A stretch of DNA of 64,000 nt from positions 25,162 to 89,161 of IMG/VR virus record IMGVR_UViG_3300010430_000014; one strand, given 5' to 3'. The notes beneath the pieces were generated by a model that worked only from the letters and a program-made list of their open reading frames with translations, was not told the origin of the DNA and searched no databases. A program made the position numbers and the translations under genes. The DNA comes from a virus. The first letter of the stretch is position 1. Each line of letters starts with the position of its first letter. Of this stretch, positions 39,097-49,650 are shown one piece after another.

Positions 39097-39768
39097 TTAA
39101 TTAAAATGTAATAATGTTTTAGCAAGACCTGCACCAGATCTTGTTTCCAACACATGTCCAATTTCACAAAAATGTTTATCAGTTGCAAAAGGTGCAGATG
39201 GAATAGCTTCAGATAATGCTTGTCCTGAAACTTCTCCAGTATCAGTAGTCAATCCAGTTCTTGCTAATTGTCCTCTGGTAGTACTGCCCCAATAATATAC
39301 ATCAGCTATTCCAGATACAACAATCCAAGCTAAACTTCCATCTGCTATTCCATCTTCATAAAATACTCCTATACAAGAAGGGGCATCAATTGGCACAAGA
39401 ATGACTGATTCATTATTTGAAGAATCACTTGTAACACAATATCCTTTAACAGAATTACTACCTGTTTCATTAGTCAATTGAACAGCTAATCCACCTTCCG
39501 GTGTAAATATTGCATTACCATTAAGCTGATTAACTACTTGCCATGAACTATTATAATAAACTTTTAACTGATCATTTCCTGTATCAAGCCAATGCATACC
39601 TACTGTCGGTGTTACATCAGGCCAATTGGTTGCATGTCCTGGTGGATTATCCCCAGGAAATCCAAGCAATGCTGCTTCAAGACGATCAGCATTGTTATTT
39701 AATTCTTCATCGTATCTTAATGTGCCATAAGCAGCTTTTGAAAAATAAAATGCTGTTGTGTATGCCAT
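39097..39768 (-). CDS. Putative fibre-associated protein
   Basis: LNNNADRLE..PP..P..GMHWLDT..LKVY N-terminal domain plus a C-terminal cement-like beta domain. Confidence 0.55.
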   Translation of the reverse strand: MAYTTAFYFSKAAYGTLRYDEELNNNADRLEAALLGFPGDNPPGHATNWPDVTPTVGMHWLDTGNDQLKVYYNSSWQVVNQLNGNAIFTPEGGLAVQLTNETGSNSVKGYCVTSDSSNNESVILVPIDAPSCIGVFYEDGIADGSLAWIVVSGIADVYYWGSTTRGQLARTGLTTDTGEVSGQALSEAIPSAPFATDKHFCEIGHVLETRSGAGLAKTLLHFN

Positions 39769-40517
39769 TATTCAAAATCTCCTTTATATAAAGAAGCAGT
39801 TATATCTAAATATTTTGCAGGCGACCACACATCATTTATGTCTACCTGATAAACTTCAAATCTTAAATTTGGTTCATAATATCCATTATCCGTTGTATTC
39901 ATTGAAACTGTGTATGCATACTGAGCAGATCCATCAGGATATAATTTATTCACAATAGTAATAGTATCAGTCCTAAGAGCAGCACTATCAGAAAGACGTA
40001 TAACTTTAACTTTAAATTCTTTAAGCTCATCAACTACATCCCCTTCTCCATAAGTTACTGTCTTTCCATATGGGGCAACTCCATAACCATAATTTAATTT
40101 TTTAGTTCGTGTTCTCCATCTTAACTGATAATCCATTTCCATATAAACATACCCACTATCAGCAAAACCTATATTTTCATCCATCTCTACATATATATCC
40201 ACAGTTTCAGAAATAATATCATCTAATCCTAACGCTTCAATGATCTCTGCTCGATCATATTGATATAATGTATCATTTAAACCAAGAATCTCTGTAATGC
40301 TCTCAGGTAATATAAGTGTCTGTACATCTCCTAATCCAATAGTATCAGTAAAAGACTCCTCAGTTATTGGAATAAGCAAATCACCAAGGCCAAGAATCTC
40401 ATCTAATTCTTCATATCCTATATACTCATAAGAAAGAACATCATTCAATCCAAGAGTTTCTTCTAAATATTCAATTTCTGGTAATTCTGCTCCACCAACA
40501 AACTTTAATACCTTCAT
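39768..40517 (-). CDS. Repeat protein (6 x E-x-LGL-x-D) fused to a tail-tip terminal FN3-like domain
   Basis: EETLGLND, DEILGLGD, TDTIGLGD, TEILGLND, IEALGLDD, DENIGFAD, then LRWRTRT...FKVKV..LRT..YAYT..RFEVYQV. Confidence 0.65.
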   Translation of the reverse strand: MKVLKFVGGAELPEIEYLEETLGLNDVLSYEYIGYEELDEILGLGDLLIPITEESFTDTIGLGDVQTLILPESITEILGLNDTLYQYDRAEIIEALGLDDIISETVDIYVEMDENIGFADSGYVYMEMDYQLRWRTRTKKLNYGYGVAPYGKTVTYGEGDVVDELKEFKVKVIRLSDSAALRTDTITIVNKLYPDGSAQYAYTVSMNTTDNGYYEPNLRFEVYQVDINDVWSPAKYLDITASLYKGDFE

Positions 40518-40521
40518 AGCA

Positions 40522-40848
40522 TCACATCTTTAAAAGATTCCAATCAAAATCTCTACTTGTTCCATCTGTTTGTTCTAAAGTACAAATAATTTCAGTATCA
40601 ACAGGTATTGCCGGAGAATATTTATTTATTTCTAACTGAGAATTAGCAAATGTAGATTGATAAGCAAGTCTGGAAGTAGATCCAGTTTGATTTTTTGTTT
40701 TAATTCTCAATATAACTACATCCCCATCCACCAAATTATTCATATCAACAACCAAAACATAAACCCCTGCATCTGTCTCTGTATCCAAGGTATGCTCTGT
40801 ATCCACTATTGCTGTTTGGGTGTCTGATCCTACACTTGTTACTGCCAT
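40522..40848 (-). CDS. Small beta-rich virion protein
   Basis: TEHTL..GVYVLVVD..GD...TLEQTDGTSRDFDW; AGGAG RBS. Confidence 0.6.
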   Translation of the reverse strand: MAVTSVGSDTQTAIVDTEHTLDTETDAGVYVLVVDMNNLVDGDVVILRIKTKNQTGSTSRLAYQSTFANSQLEINKYSPAIPVDTEIICTLEQTDGTSRDFDWNLLKM

Positions 40849-40859
40849 TTTTATTCTCC

Positions 40860-41684
40860 TTAACTAAATGTATATATTACAGCATCAAAATAACTATTTG
40901 CACCTGTTATTGAACAGGCCCCCCGTACAGAAAGTCTTGATCCAATAGGAATATGCATTGGAATAAAAGGCGTGGCTTGAGGAAGAATCATATCAACAGT
41001 AGTATGGGAAAGCATTCCCCAATCCGAAAATAATACTTCTTCTGATCCTGATCCTCCAATTCCAACATCTATATTCCAATATGCACTTGATCTTCCATAA
41101 TCTGATCTATTGCCAATTAATAAACAAAACCCTTTAGCATCCCTAATAGTTGATGCTGTAATTTGTGACCATGTTCCTTTTGTACCTGCTACTCCTCCAG
41201 GGTTAACATAAGTACCACCAGAATCAGCAGTATTAGCTCCATAAGTATCACATACTGCAAATCCTTTATTATAATTCCATCCCCCCCTTAACAAATTAAT
41301 ACTAACCCTAAAATTATTAGCAGAAGTATATTCCCCCTGGCTTCTACCTGATATTCTGGTTCCTGCTTTTACTCTTAATGGAAATTCATAAATTCTTCCA
41401 ACATGATAAGAAACACTTGGATTAGTTAATATATTTGATATTATATCAACTTCTGATCCTTCTGCTCCCATTGCTATATCAAATAAATTATCATTACTAC
41501 CATATGTAGTTGAATAAAATGTTATAAGCAATCCTTCAGTATCAAAAGGAATAGAAGCATCAATTTCATAATAACTTCCTTTTGTATGTGCAGCAGTAGG
41601 TTGAACAAGATTAGTGTACCAAATATTATCACCAATTGACTTGTAATCCTGTGCTAATTGTTTTAAACCTGCCCAATTTGTCAT
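40860..41684 (-). CDS. Virion protein with two tandem beta-sandwich domains
   Basis: Internal duplication AHTKGSYYEI..DIAMGAEGSE..AGTRISGR / AGTKGTWSQI..DVGIGGSGSE..IGSRLSVR. Confidence 0.65.
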   Translation of the reverse strand: MTNWAGLKQLAQDYKSIGDNIWYTNLVQPTAAHTKGSYYEIDASIPFDTEGLLITFYSTTYGSNDNLFDIAMGAEGSEVDIISNILTNPSVSYHVGRIYEFPLRVKAGTRISGRSQGEYTSANNFRVSINLLRGGWNYNKGFAVCDTYGANTADSGGTYVNPGGVAGTKGTWSQITASTIRDAKGFCLLIGNRSDYGRSSAYWNIDVGIGGSGSEEVLFSDWGMLSHTTVDMILPQATPFIPMHIPIGSRLSVRGACSITGANSYFDAVIYTFS

Positions 41685-41693
41685 GATATTATC

Positions 41694-44600
41694 CTATAAC
41701 ATATTATTATTTAAAATCATCATAATTGAATCTTCTTCTACATCACTTATTAAAATAGCATCAAGATCAGTATCAATAGTTGATCCTGTTTTATTTAATA
41801 GTGCATCTAACTCAGTAACAACTGAAAGAAATTTTAATATAGCATCTAATTGAGTAGTAACTATTTCTTTTCCTTGTAATAAAACATCAAGATCAGTGGA
41901 AATTATTTTCGATTCCGTTAACATAGCATCTAATGCTGTTATAACAGAATTTAATTTTTTAATTAAAGAATCTAACGAAGTATCTAATGTTAATCCTGGT
42001 TTATTTAATATAGCATCAAGCTCAGTAACAATTCCCACTATATACAATATAGCATCCAGTTCAGTTGAAACAGAATTTAATTTTTTAAGAAAAGAATCCA
42101 ATGAAGTATTAATTGTTAAACCAATTTCATTTAAAAGAGCATCTAAAGAAATTTCTTCAGTTAATCCTAATCTACTTAACAATGAATCTAATGAAAGAGA
42201 AACTAAATCTTCCCCATATAAAATAGCATCCAGTTCAGTTGAAACTGGCGTTAATTTTGATACTAAAGCATCTAATAAAGTAGTAATAAAATCAATAGAA
42301 GATAAAGCATCATTCAAACCTAAATTCTCAAATAAATATTCAACTTCTGCAATTTCACCAATAGGAATATGAATCGATTCAGGAAAATAAGGCAATACAC
42401 CATAACCCACTATATCTATATCTGCTGATGGGGATATATCCACACCTACAGTTAAACCATGAATTGTAAATGATGATGCTTTAAAAGTTTGTGTTGTTCC
42501 TTCCCATCCTAAAGGAACTTCATAAAAGACTGTTGCATCAGATCTTAACTTTATATAAAGCTCATCATTTTCTATTACATGAGCAACTTGATCTGTATCT
42601 TTATATCCTCTTATTACATTAGTAAAAGCGTGATTAATGGTATCAATACCATGATAGTACATTAATTCATTTTCTATCCAGATAACCCCCTGAGAAGGAA
42701 ATGAGCCTGTCAGAGTTGTATTATCATAATATATCGTGGTATCATTTATTCCTATATCCTGGGCCAATAAAACAGAAGACACCGTTTCATTTACAACAGC
42801 TATATATTCATATTCAGTTCCTACTTTACGATAAATTCTTGCCCCGACAAAAAATCCACCATCTCCTTCAGGAGCATCAAAAGTGAAATATAATTTACCA
42901 GATTCAATATCCTCCTTAACTTCAAATCGTTCAACACCATACGGTACATATGGTTGAGGAAAACCACCACGACCATATCCATTTAAAACAGGAACACCAT
43001 TATCATGATATGTATATGGATTAAATTCTTCCAATTCAAATTTAACTTCAAAGTCAATTAATTCATCCATAGCTATTATTCTAAACCACTTATTTACCCA
43101 TCCAGTAATTTCATGGGTAACTCCTATTATCTCTCCCATACAAAGAGACATTCCCATTATATCAGTTTCAAATGCACAGATATGTATTTGATAATTCCAT
43201 TGATCAAGAATTCTTTGAGCCATACGTCCTGCCTGTGTAGCTCTTTTAATTCCATGCATTTTATAAAAATCAATTTTTTCTTCTTCTTCTAATACATCTA
43301 ATCGATATACATCTTCAACTTCAGCAACATCTTTTCTGTAATCTAATAACCTATTTTTAAATTCAATCCTAACTTTATTAGGTCTTCTTAAATATGATTT
43401 TTCTGCAAATGTAAAACTCCCTTCTCTTATATTATCTTTCCTTAAAGTAAATTGTTTTGCATCAGGCCAATAATCTTTTATACCATATCCCATATCTATA
43501 TAAGTAGATGTTTGTTCAATGATGACATTTGTTTGACCATCAGGATGATTCCAATGCTCCATTACCTCACCATAATCAATATCATCTCCCTTCCAATAGT
43601 TATCGGGATAAGCAGAAAAATCGGCATATATTTTTGAATAATCATCTGATTCTTGATTACTTGTAAATTGTGCTGATCCTTTTCCAAAATAAGCAACAGG
43701 TGTTTCATCCATATTAGGTATTATTAATTTATAAAGATAACCATCAGGCCAAGTACAAGGAGATATAAACCCTTGACAAGTAAGCAGTATATCTTGAATT
43801 ACATCATACATTTTTTTTGCTTGATCATAACATTGAGAAAATTGAAACCTCCGTTCTTTTACTTCAATGATTTCTCTCGGAGTATATATTTTTGCATCAA
43901 TTGATTTTTTACAAATAGAATCAGCATTAGAATAATCTAACTTATTAGTTAAACCATCTTGAAAATATTTTGGATCAGTATAATTATTCCAAAAATCCCG
44001 AATAATACTTGGAGGAGACTCATCACAATAGTACCATAAACCTGATCCATTTCCAAAAAATCCAGTTTTTGTATGTTTAAAAGTTGCACTCGCACCAATT
44101 CTATTCCACTGATATTTATAACCACTTTCTGCTTCTATTGGATATTTGGAAATCATGTACAACTCACCTGCCGGATTACTTTCAGAAGGAGGTATAAATT
44201 TCCATGCTTCATGCCGACCTGCTTGCCATGCAGTAGATCTTGTTATATAAAAATAAATATCATCTCTGACTCCATATTTTCCTATCTTATAACTACTTTC
44301 ACTTGAAAAACTACCCAAATCCATCGGCATGTATAATGGGCCTGTTGCAACTAATTTACGATATAATACTTTTCTAATACTTCTCCGGTCAATATCCAAA
44401 CCATATTTTGTAGCAGAAGCATATACTTGTTTATTTGAAAATTTTCCATCACCTAATTTAAGAAAATAAGTTCCCTGTTCACAAGCACTATTATATCCAC
44501 CAAAACTATCATAGCTTCTAAGTAAAGAATACCAAACATCTTCATATTGCTCAGTGGAAAAATCCCATTCTTTAACTGAAGTAGTTCCCATATAAATCCA

Positions 44601-46916
44601 TTGTGGTGCATGACCTGCTGCATACTGATTTCTTCTATTAATCTGTTCTTCAATGCCTGTAGTAAAATCAATTATATATGTATAAGCCTGTTTCCACGTT
44701 GGATAAGATGCACCATGAGAATAAACAAATGCTTGTTTATCAGTTGCACATGCATATACTACTATTGATGCACACCATATAGCTTGAGTAAAATAAGTAC
44801 CTATACGTGTTCTTGCTGCATCAAATGGTTCAATTACTCCAGTGTCTTTATGAATTTTCAAACAAACATGGTGTGAAGCTGCTCCTCCAAAATTTTCTCC
44901 TATATTTCCTGGTTGATAAGGCCAATCATTATCTTCTTCAGAAAATCCCAAATTAAGAAAAGTCTGAGTATAATCATAAGGATCTTGATCTAATGTAGGA
45001 TTTGTTATGGATGTATCATAGTCATTTGAAATTCGATCAAATCCAAAACAAATTCTTGAACCAGGAGTAGGGGTTGCCCCCAATGGAGATGATAAAGTAA
45101 CTTTTGTTCCATCTATTGCTGATATTGTTGATCCATAAATCCATTGATTAATAAAATGCACACGTTCCCATTGCTTGCCCCCTCCATAACTCCAAGGAGA
45201 AACAGGAGGAACATTACAAATTATTTCTGTAGATGTACTTCCTTCTCCCACTATTGCATAATCCGTTACGTGTTTAGGATATTTACATACTTGTACACGA
45301 TTACCCGAACTTGGAAATGCTGCAAACTCACCATCCACATCGATATAAGTACTTGTCTGAGTTATAATTTCCCTCCATAAATCATAACCATTTTGAGATA
45401 AAGAAGCATAACATTCTTTCCAATAATCATTAGGATATTGGGAAAAATCAGCGTACACCCTTGAATAAGTATTTGCACCTGCTACAATTGATCTCGTATC
45501 ATATAAAATAACATCCGTCATTACTTTTGCGCCAAAAAGATAAATATAATCTTCCCCCACCACCATACTTGAAAAATAATATCTTGGATTACTATTTTCA
45601 TTCTCTCCTGACGGATTACTAAATTCCTCATCATACAAAACAGAATGTACTCTATATTCTGGATCATCTAAATCATGATAATACAAATCAATTTTTGCCC
45701 CATACTCAGCATGATGATGTGCATATGTACCTGCATTGTACCAATTTCTAAATGTTAAAATATAAGCTCTATTATCTTTAACATCAGTCGCTTGTAATTT
45801 CGATCCTCCTTTTGCTACATTATCATAAAACCATTGATCTATATTGTCTATTTCCCATATTTCATAAGGATGATCACTGGCACAATGTCTAATTAAACGT
45901 TCACCAGGATCACAATAAGTAATTCCATAACCACCAAGAGCAGCACCATAACCATACCACATTTTATTTCTTCCATCTCGACAACCCCAATAAGTTGTCA
46001 TATCTGGATGTTTATATATTATAGATGGAAGAAGATCTTCTTGTAAATAATTAACACCATTGCCAGGAGTAGCAACTCCTCCCTTCATCGATTCAGGACT
46101 ATACCAAACACGATCTCTATTCATTTCAACTGTAAATGTAGGAAATACATTTAATTTACCCATTTCAAAATTACTTGGGTTCATTTCCTCCATATTTGCA
46201 AAATCAATGGAAAAATTAGATTGTTCAGGAGTAGTTTGTAAAGAAGTAAAATCAGCGATAAATCCTTTAAAATAAAATACTGTATTATCTTTTACAGGTT
46301 GATTAATTAATCCATCTACATTAACTTCATTATGAAAACCACCTTGACCACCATCAAGATAAGATAAAGGATAATAAGGATCTAAAGCATCATCATAATT
46401 TTCAAACATATCACTAAGCATCATCCAAAACCAAAAAGGCTTTTCATTAAATCTTATAACCCCTATCTCATAACCTGTTTCTGAATAACGACCTGAAAAA
46501 TTAACAGCAAATTCAGCCCAATGAGCTACTTTACTATCACTCATCATAGTAAAAAATTCTTGCCAAGCTACTCTACTTCCTGCATCACCTACATAGGGCA
46601 TATCACTGGCATTATAAATTCCAAAAGTAGCTTTATTCAAATAAATCACATGACCAGGACATATATCAGTACCAATTACATCCGGTACAGGATCTATTCT
46701 TGATCGTTCTAATTTATAATCAGGATTTCTATAATCTTTTACTTTTGGTGGATCAGGCTTAAATATATACCCCCCAATAGCCATGCCTATCTGCATTCCT
46801 GGGTATCCACCAATAATACCACCAATAATACCTCCGGCAATTGTACCTATAGTTTGTTTCTTGGTACGACTACCTTCACTTAAATCCATACTTTGTGTTG
46901 ATTGCTGTTGCCCCAT
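41694..46916 (-). CDS. Tail tip / central fibre protein (J-like), long paralog with C-terminal LDA repeats
   Basis: GGIIGG..GMAIGG N-terminus, NKVRIEF, GIKRATQAGR, GEIIGVTH..WFRI, IENELMYY..VIRG; 13 LDA-type repeats at the C-terminus. Confidence 0.8.
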   Translation of the reverse strand: MGQQQSTQSMDLSEGSRTKKQTIGTIAGGIIGGIIGGYPGMQIGMAIGGYIFKPDPPKVKDYRNPDYKLERSRIDPVPDVIGTDICPGHVIYLNKATFGIYNASDMPYVGDAGSRVAWQEFFTMMSDSKVAHWAEFAVNFSGRYSETGYEIGVIRFNEKPFWFWMMLSDMFENYDDALDPYYPLSYLDGGQGGFHNEVNVDGLINQPVKDNTVFYFKGFIADFTSLQTTPEQSNFSIDFANMEEMNPSNFEMGKLNVFPTFTVEMNRDRVWYSPESMKGGVATPGNGVNYLQEDLLPSIIYKHPDMTTYWGCRDGRNKMWYGYGAALGGYGITYCDPGERLIRHCASDHPYEIWEIDNIDQWFYDNVAKGGSKLQATDVKDNRAYILTFRNWYNAGTYAHHHAEYGAKIDLYYHDLDDPEYRVHSVLYDEEFSNPSGENENSNPRYYFSSMVVGEDYIYLFGAKVMTDVILYDTRSIVAGANTYSRVYADFSQYPNDYWKECYASLSQNGYDLWREIITQTSTYIDVDGEFAAFPSSGNRVQVCKYPKHVTDYAIVGEGSTSTEIICNVPPVSPWSYGGGKQWERVHFINQWIYGSTISAIDGTKVTLSSPLGATPTPGSRICFGFDRISNDYDTSITNPTLDQDPYDYTQTFLNLGFSEEDNDWPYQPGNIGENFGGAASHHVCLKIHKDTGVIEPFDAARTRIGTYFTQAIWCASIVVYACATDKQAFVYSHGASYPTWKQAYTYIIDFTTGIEEQINRRNQYAAGHAPQWIYMGTTSVKEWDFSTEQYEDVWYSLLRSYDSFGGYNSACEQGTYFLKLGDGKFSNKQVYASATKYGLDIDRRSIRKVLYRKLVATGPLYMPMDLGSFSSESSYKIGKYGVRDDIYFYITRSTAWQAGRHEAWKFIPPSESNPAGELYMISKYPIEAESGYKYQWNRIGASATFKHTKTGFFGNGSGLWYYCDESPPSIIRDFWNNYTDPKYFQDGLTNKLDYSNADSICKKSIDAKIYTPREIIEVKERRFQFSQCYDQAKKMYDVIQDILLTCQGFISPCTWPDGYLYKLIIPNMDETPVAYFGKGSAQFTSNQESDDYSKIYADFSAYPDNYWKGDDIDYGEVMEHWNHPDGQTNVIIEQTSTYIDMGYGIKDYWPDAKQFTLRKDNIREGSFTFAEKSYLRRPNKVRIEFKNRLLDYRKDVAEVEDVYRLDVLEEEEKIDFYKMHGIKRATQAGRMAQRILDQWNYQIHICAFETDIMGMSLCMGEIIGVTHEITGWVNKWFRIIAMDELIDFEVKFELEEFNPYTYHDNGVPVLNGYGRGGFPQPYVPYGVERFEVKEDIESGKLYFTFDAPEGDGGFFVGARIYRKVGTEYEYIAVVNETVSSVLLAQDIGINDTTIYYDNTTLTGSFPSQGVIWIENELMYYHGIDTINHAFTNVIRGYKDTDQVAHVIENDELYIKLRSDATVFYEVPLGWEGTTQTFKASSFTIHGLTVGVDISPSADIDIVGYGVLPYFPESIHIPIGEIAEVEYLFENLGLNDALSSIDFITTLLDALVSKLTPVSTELDAILYGEDLVSLSLDSLLSRLGLTEEISLDALLNEIGLTINTSLDSFLKKLNSVSTELDAILYIVGIVTELDAILNKPGLTLDTSLDSLIKKLNSVITALDAMLTESKIISTDLDVLLQGKEIVTTQLDAILKFLSVVTELDALLNKTGSTIDTDLDAILISDVEEDSIMMILNNNML
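41750..42285 (-). repeat. Second LDA coding-repeat tract (13 units) at the end of the tail tip gene
   Basis: Same unit as the 60-63.7 kb tract. Confidence 0.85.
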
Positions 46917-49150
46917 TATGCTATTGTAACTGCCTTTGTTGGAGAAGAAGCAAAATTTGCTGCCAAATTATGAATTGTCACCGATACACCTTTCACTGTC
47001 CAAATCTGACCAACTTCACTATCTTCAAAAGTAATAAATTCAGTATTAGTATCTTTCAACATACAATATTTATCTATTGTGTGTGCAACGTTATTTGTTC
47101 CTCTGGTACATCCAGTAAATTCATAATCGGGATCACCAGAAATTCCTGTATAAGTAATTAACTCATCTTCAATCCAAAAAGAACCTGAAGATGGAAATGA
47201 TCCGTATAAAGTAGAATTATCAAAAGGTATCGTTGTTACCGTATCATCAATGCCTGAAGCAAGTTTTACTGATGGTGTCACTTGACCAACAATTTTTTTC
47301 CATACCCAATCACCACCACCTACAGACACATATACTTTTGCTCCTACAAAATAATTATTATCATCAGGACGTTTAAATAAAATATAAATTTTATTCTCAG
47401 TAAGATCCTGCACAACATAAAAACGTTCAACTACATCAGGAGCAACATAAGGAGTTGGAGTAGCATTATCATCTACTGCTGTTACTTTAGGAATAGTATC
47501 ATTATAAACATTTGCATTATATTCAAAACAGGTAAATTTAATTTCATCGTTTTCTAATTCTTCCATTCCAATTATTCTAAACCATTTTGAATTCCATCCT
47601 GTTTGAATATGACTTATTCCTATAATATCACCAATAGCATGATAATAGCCTTGCATCCCTGTAATAAATTCACACCAATTTCTACTATATAAAGATGTAT
47701 CTGTAAAAAATTGAACCATTCGCATTGCTTGTGATTTTCTTTTTATCCCTCCTAATCTTACAGTTCTTAATTTTGTTTGCTCTCCAAGATCTAAATGAGA
47801 TTCTTCAAGATCTTTTTCTACAGCATCCCAAACATATTCATTTGTAAAAACATCATTTTCATCTTTAACTTTTCTTGACATATATTCAATTCTAAATTTA
47901 TTTGATACTTCAGAATCAGCACTATATTTAAAACCAAATGACGATTCTTTAATATTATCTTTTACTATTTCAAAAGGATCATTAAGATTTGGGGAGACTG
48001 AAAGATCTTCAAATAAATCAATATATGTTGAAGTCTGATCTTTAACTACAAATTTATATTCTGCTCCTGATATAGTTATTTTTCCTTCATCTCCAAACCA
48101 ATACAAATCAAGGTAATCAGAAAAATCTGCATAGAGTCTACTTACTGTACTTGATCCTCCTGCCACAAATTGATCTGTTGTTCCATCACTAAAAAAAGCA
48201 CAAGGTTCTTCATCTGCATTTTCAATAAGAGGTTCAAGTTTCCCTTGTCTTAATCGAATAATACCTCTACAAGTAAGCATTATATCAGTAATAATATCAA
48301 ATGACTTTGTTCTTGCATCAAAATAATTTGAATATCTAAAACGTGGTTCGTTTACAGGAGTATCATCCCAATCAATTATTTGAACTAATTCATCACAATA
48401 ATCTGATGCTATTTTCCAAGGACTACCTACTGTATCTGGATCTCCATTAAAAAATTCTGTTCCTATTTGTGTTCCCCATCTTGTATCAGTTAAAAAATTA
48501 TAAACAGCACGAATAGGATTTGCATCTTCTTCTCCTGATTCTATATTAAATCCTTTTATTTCAGCAGCAATATTAGGTAACTGTTGAAGAATCTGCCCCT
48601 CTACTTTTAAATGAACTAATGTATAAGCAGAATATTTGAAATTTATTGCTCCAAGAGCTTTATCTGCTTGCCAAGCAGCTATTGTAGAATCAATTGATTG
48701 TCCTGCCGATCCTACATAAGAAGTAAAAGATGCCGTATAACCTTCATCTGACATTGTTCCGGCACGTTTATCATCAATATAATATTGAACAAAAGAATCT
48801 ATTTCCCCTTCACAATGGACTACTGCAAAATCTGCTTCCATCCCAGGCGACCATTCGGGATTCTTTCTTGATCCTTCATTAAAATAATCAGATTTCAATT
48901 GACCGACCCAAACAACTCCACCATAAGATTTTACTTGTCCAAAACATAAAGGTACTGGAGTGGATGCCACAAATGAATTCTTACCCAAATCTCCCAAAGG
49001 AGGAGGAGGAGGAGCATTAGGTGGATCGATCCATAAACCAAGCTGCCCACCAATAGCCATACCTATCATTGCCCCAGGATAACCACCAATGACTCCACCA
49101 ATGACTCCACCAACTAACATTCCTACACTTTGTCCAGTTGTTTGCCCCAT
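46916..49150 (-). CDS. Tail tip / central fibre protein (J-like), short paralog
   Basis: GGVIGG..GMAIGG, PVPLCFG, CEGEI, LPNIAAEIKG, DANP..LTDTRWG, GIKRKSQAMR. Confidence 0.85.
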   Translation of the reverse strand: MGQTTGQSVGMLVGGVIGGVIGGYPGAMIGMAIGGQLGLWIDPPNAPPPPPLGDLGKNSFVASTPVPLCFGQVKSYGGVVWVGQLKSDYFNEGSRKNPEWSPGMEADFAVVHCEGEIDSFVQYYIDDKRAGTMSDEGYTASFTSYVGSAGQSIDSTIAAWQADKALGAINFKYSAYTLVHLKVEGQILQQLPNIAAEIKGFNIESGEEDANPIRAVYNFLTDTRWGTQIGTEFFNGDPDTVGSPWKIASDYCDELVQIIDWDDTPVNEPRFRYSNYFDARTKSFDIITDIMLTCRGIIRLRQGKLEPLIENADEEPCAFFSDGTTDQFVAGGSSTVSRLYADFSDYLDLYWFGDEGKITISGAEYKFVVKDQTSTYIDLFEDLSVSPNLNDPFEIVKDNIKESSFGFKYSADSEVSNKFRIEYMSRKVKDENDVFTNEYVWDAVEKDLEESHLDLGEQTKLRTVRLGGIKRKSQAMRMVQFFTDTSLYSRNWCEFITGMQGYYHAIGDIIGISHIQTGWNSKWFRIIGMEELENDEIKFTCFEYNANVYNDTIPKVTAVDDNATPTPYVAPDVVERFYVVQDLTENKIYILFKRPDDNNYFVGAKVYVSVGGGDWVWKKIVGQVTPSVKLASGIDDTVTTIPFDNSTLYGSFPSSGSFWIEDELITYTGISGDPDYEFTGCTRGTNNVAHTIDKYCMLKDTNTEFITFEDSEVGQIWTVKGVSVTIHNLAANFASSPTKAVTIA

Positions 49151-49612
49151 CTAAAACTCCTTATAACGCATCATCCATGCTAATTTATCTATATAAGAAG
49201 GATGCAAAGAACCTAAACCTACTTTCTTATCTTTTTCTTTCCATCCACATTTAGCATGAACAAAATATTCTTGATCAATCATTATTCCGCTATGGTGTGC
49301 AGGATAATGATCACCATATAATCTAAATAAAGGTATATCCCCCTTATCTGGTAACTCATCATCAGATAAGAATCTAAAACCACAACCAACTAAAGCATTA
49401 TACAACCGTTCTTCACTATCGATATGTTTCCACCATTGAACAGAATATTCTTTACCATCATTCTTAGGTATAAAAATTCCTGCTCTGTTATAGGCCATAT
49501 AAAGCAATCCGGCACAATCAATACCTAATGTTGATCTGCCGGAATGTCTAAACGGAGTACCTATAAACTTTCTTGCATTCTGGACAACCCTATCTCTAAC
49601 ATCCTCCTGCAT
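49151..49612 (-). CDS. NlpC/P60 tail-associated peptidase
   Basis: ARKFIGTPFRHSGR..GIDCAGL, GD, HSGI, FVHA. Confidence 0.9.
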   Translation of the reverse strand: MQEDVRDRVVQNARKFIGTPFRHSGRSTLGIDCAGLLYMAYNRAGIFIPKNDGKEYSVQWWKHIDSEERLYNALVGCGFRFLSDDELPDKGDIPLFRLYGDHYPAHHSGIMIDQEYFVHAKCGWKEKDKKVGLGSLHPSYIDKLAWMMRYKEF

Positions 49613-49650
49613 ATCAAATTCACTCCTTATTAACCGTTATTCAGGATATT

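Noticed and set aside
31150-46916. Diversity-generating retroelement target/template pair
   Set aside because: No reverse transcriptase in the window; the paralog repeats seen do not differ specifically at adenines.
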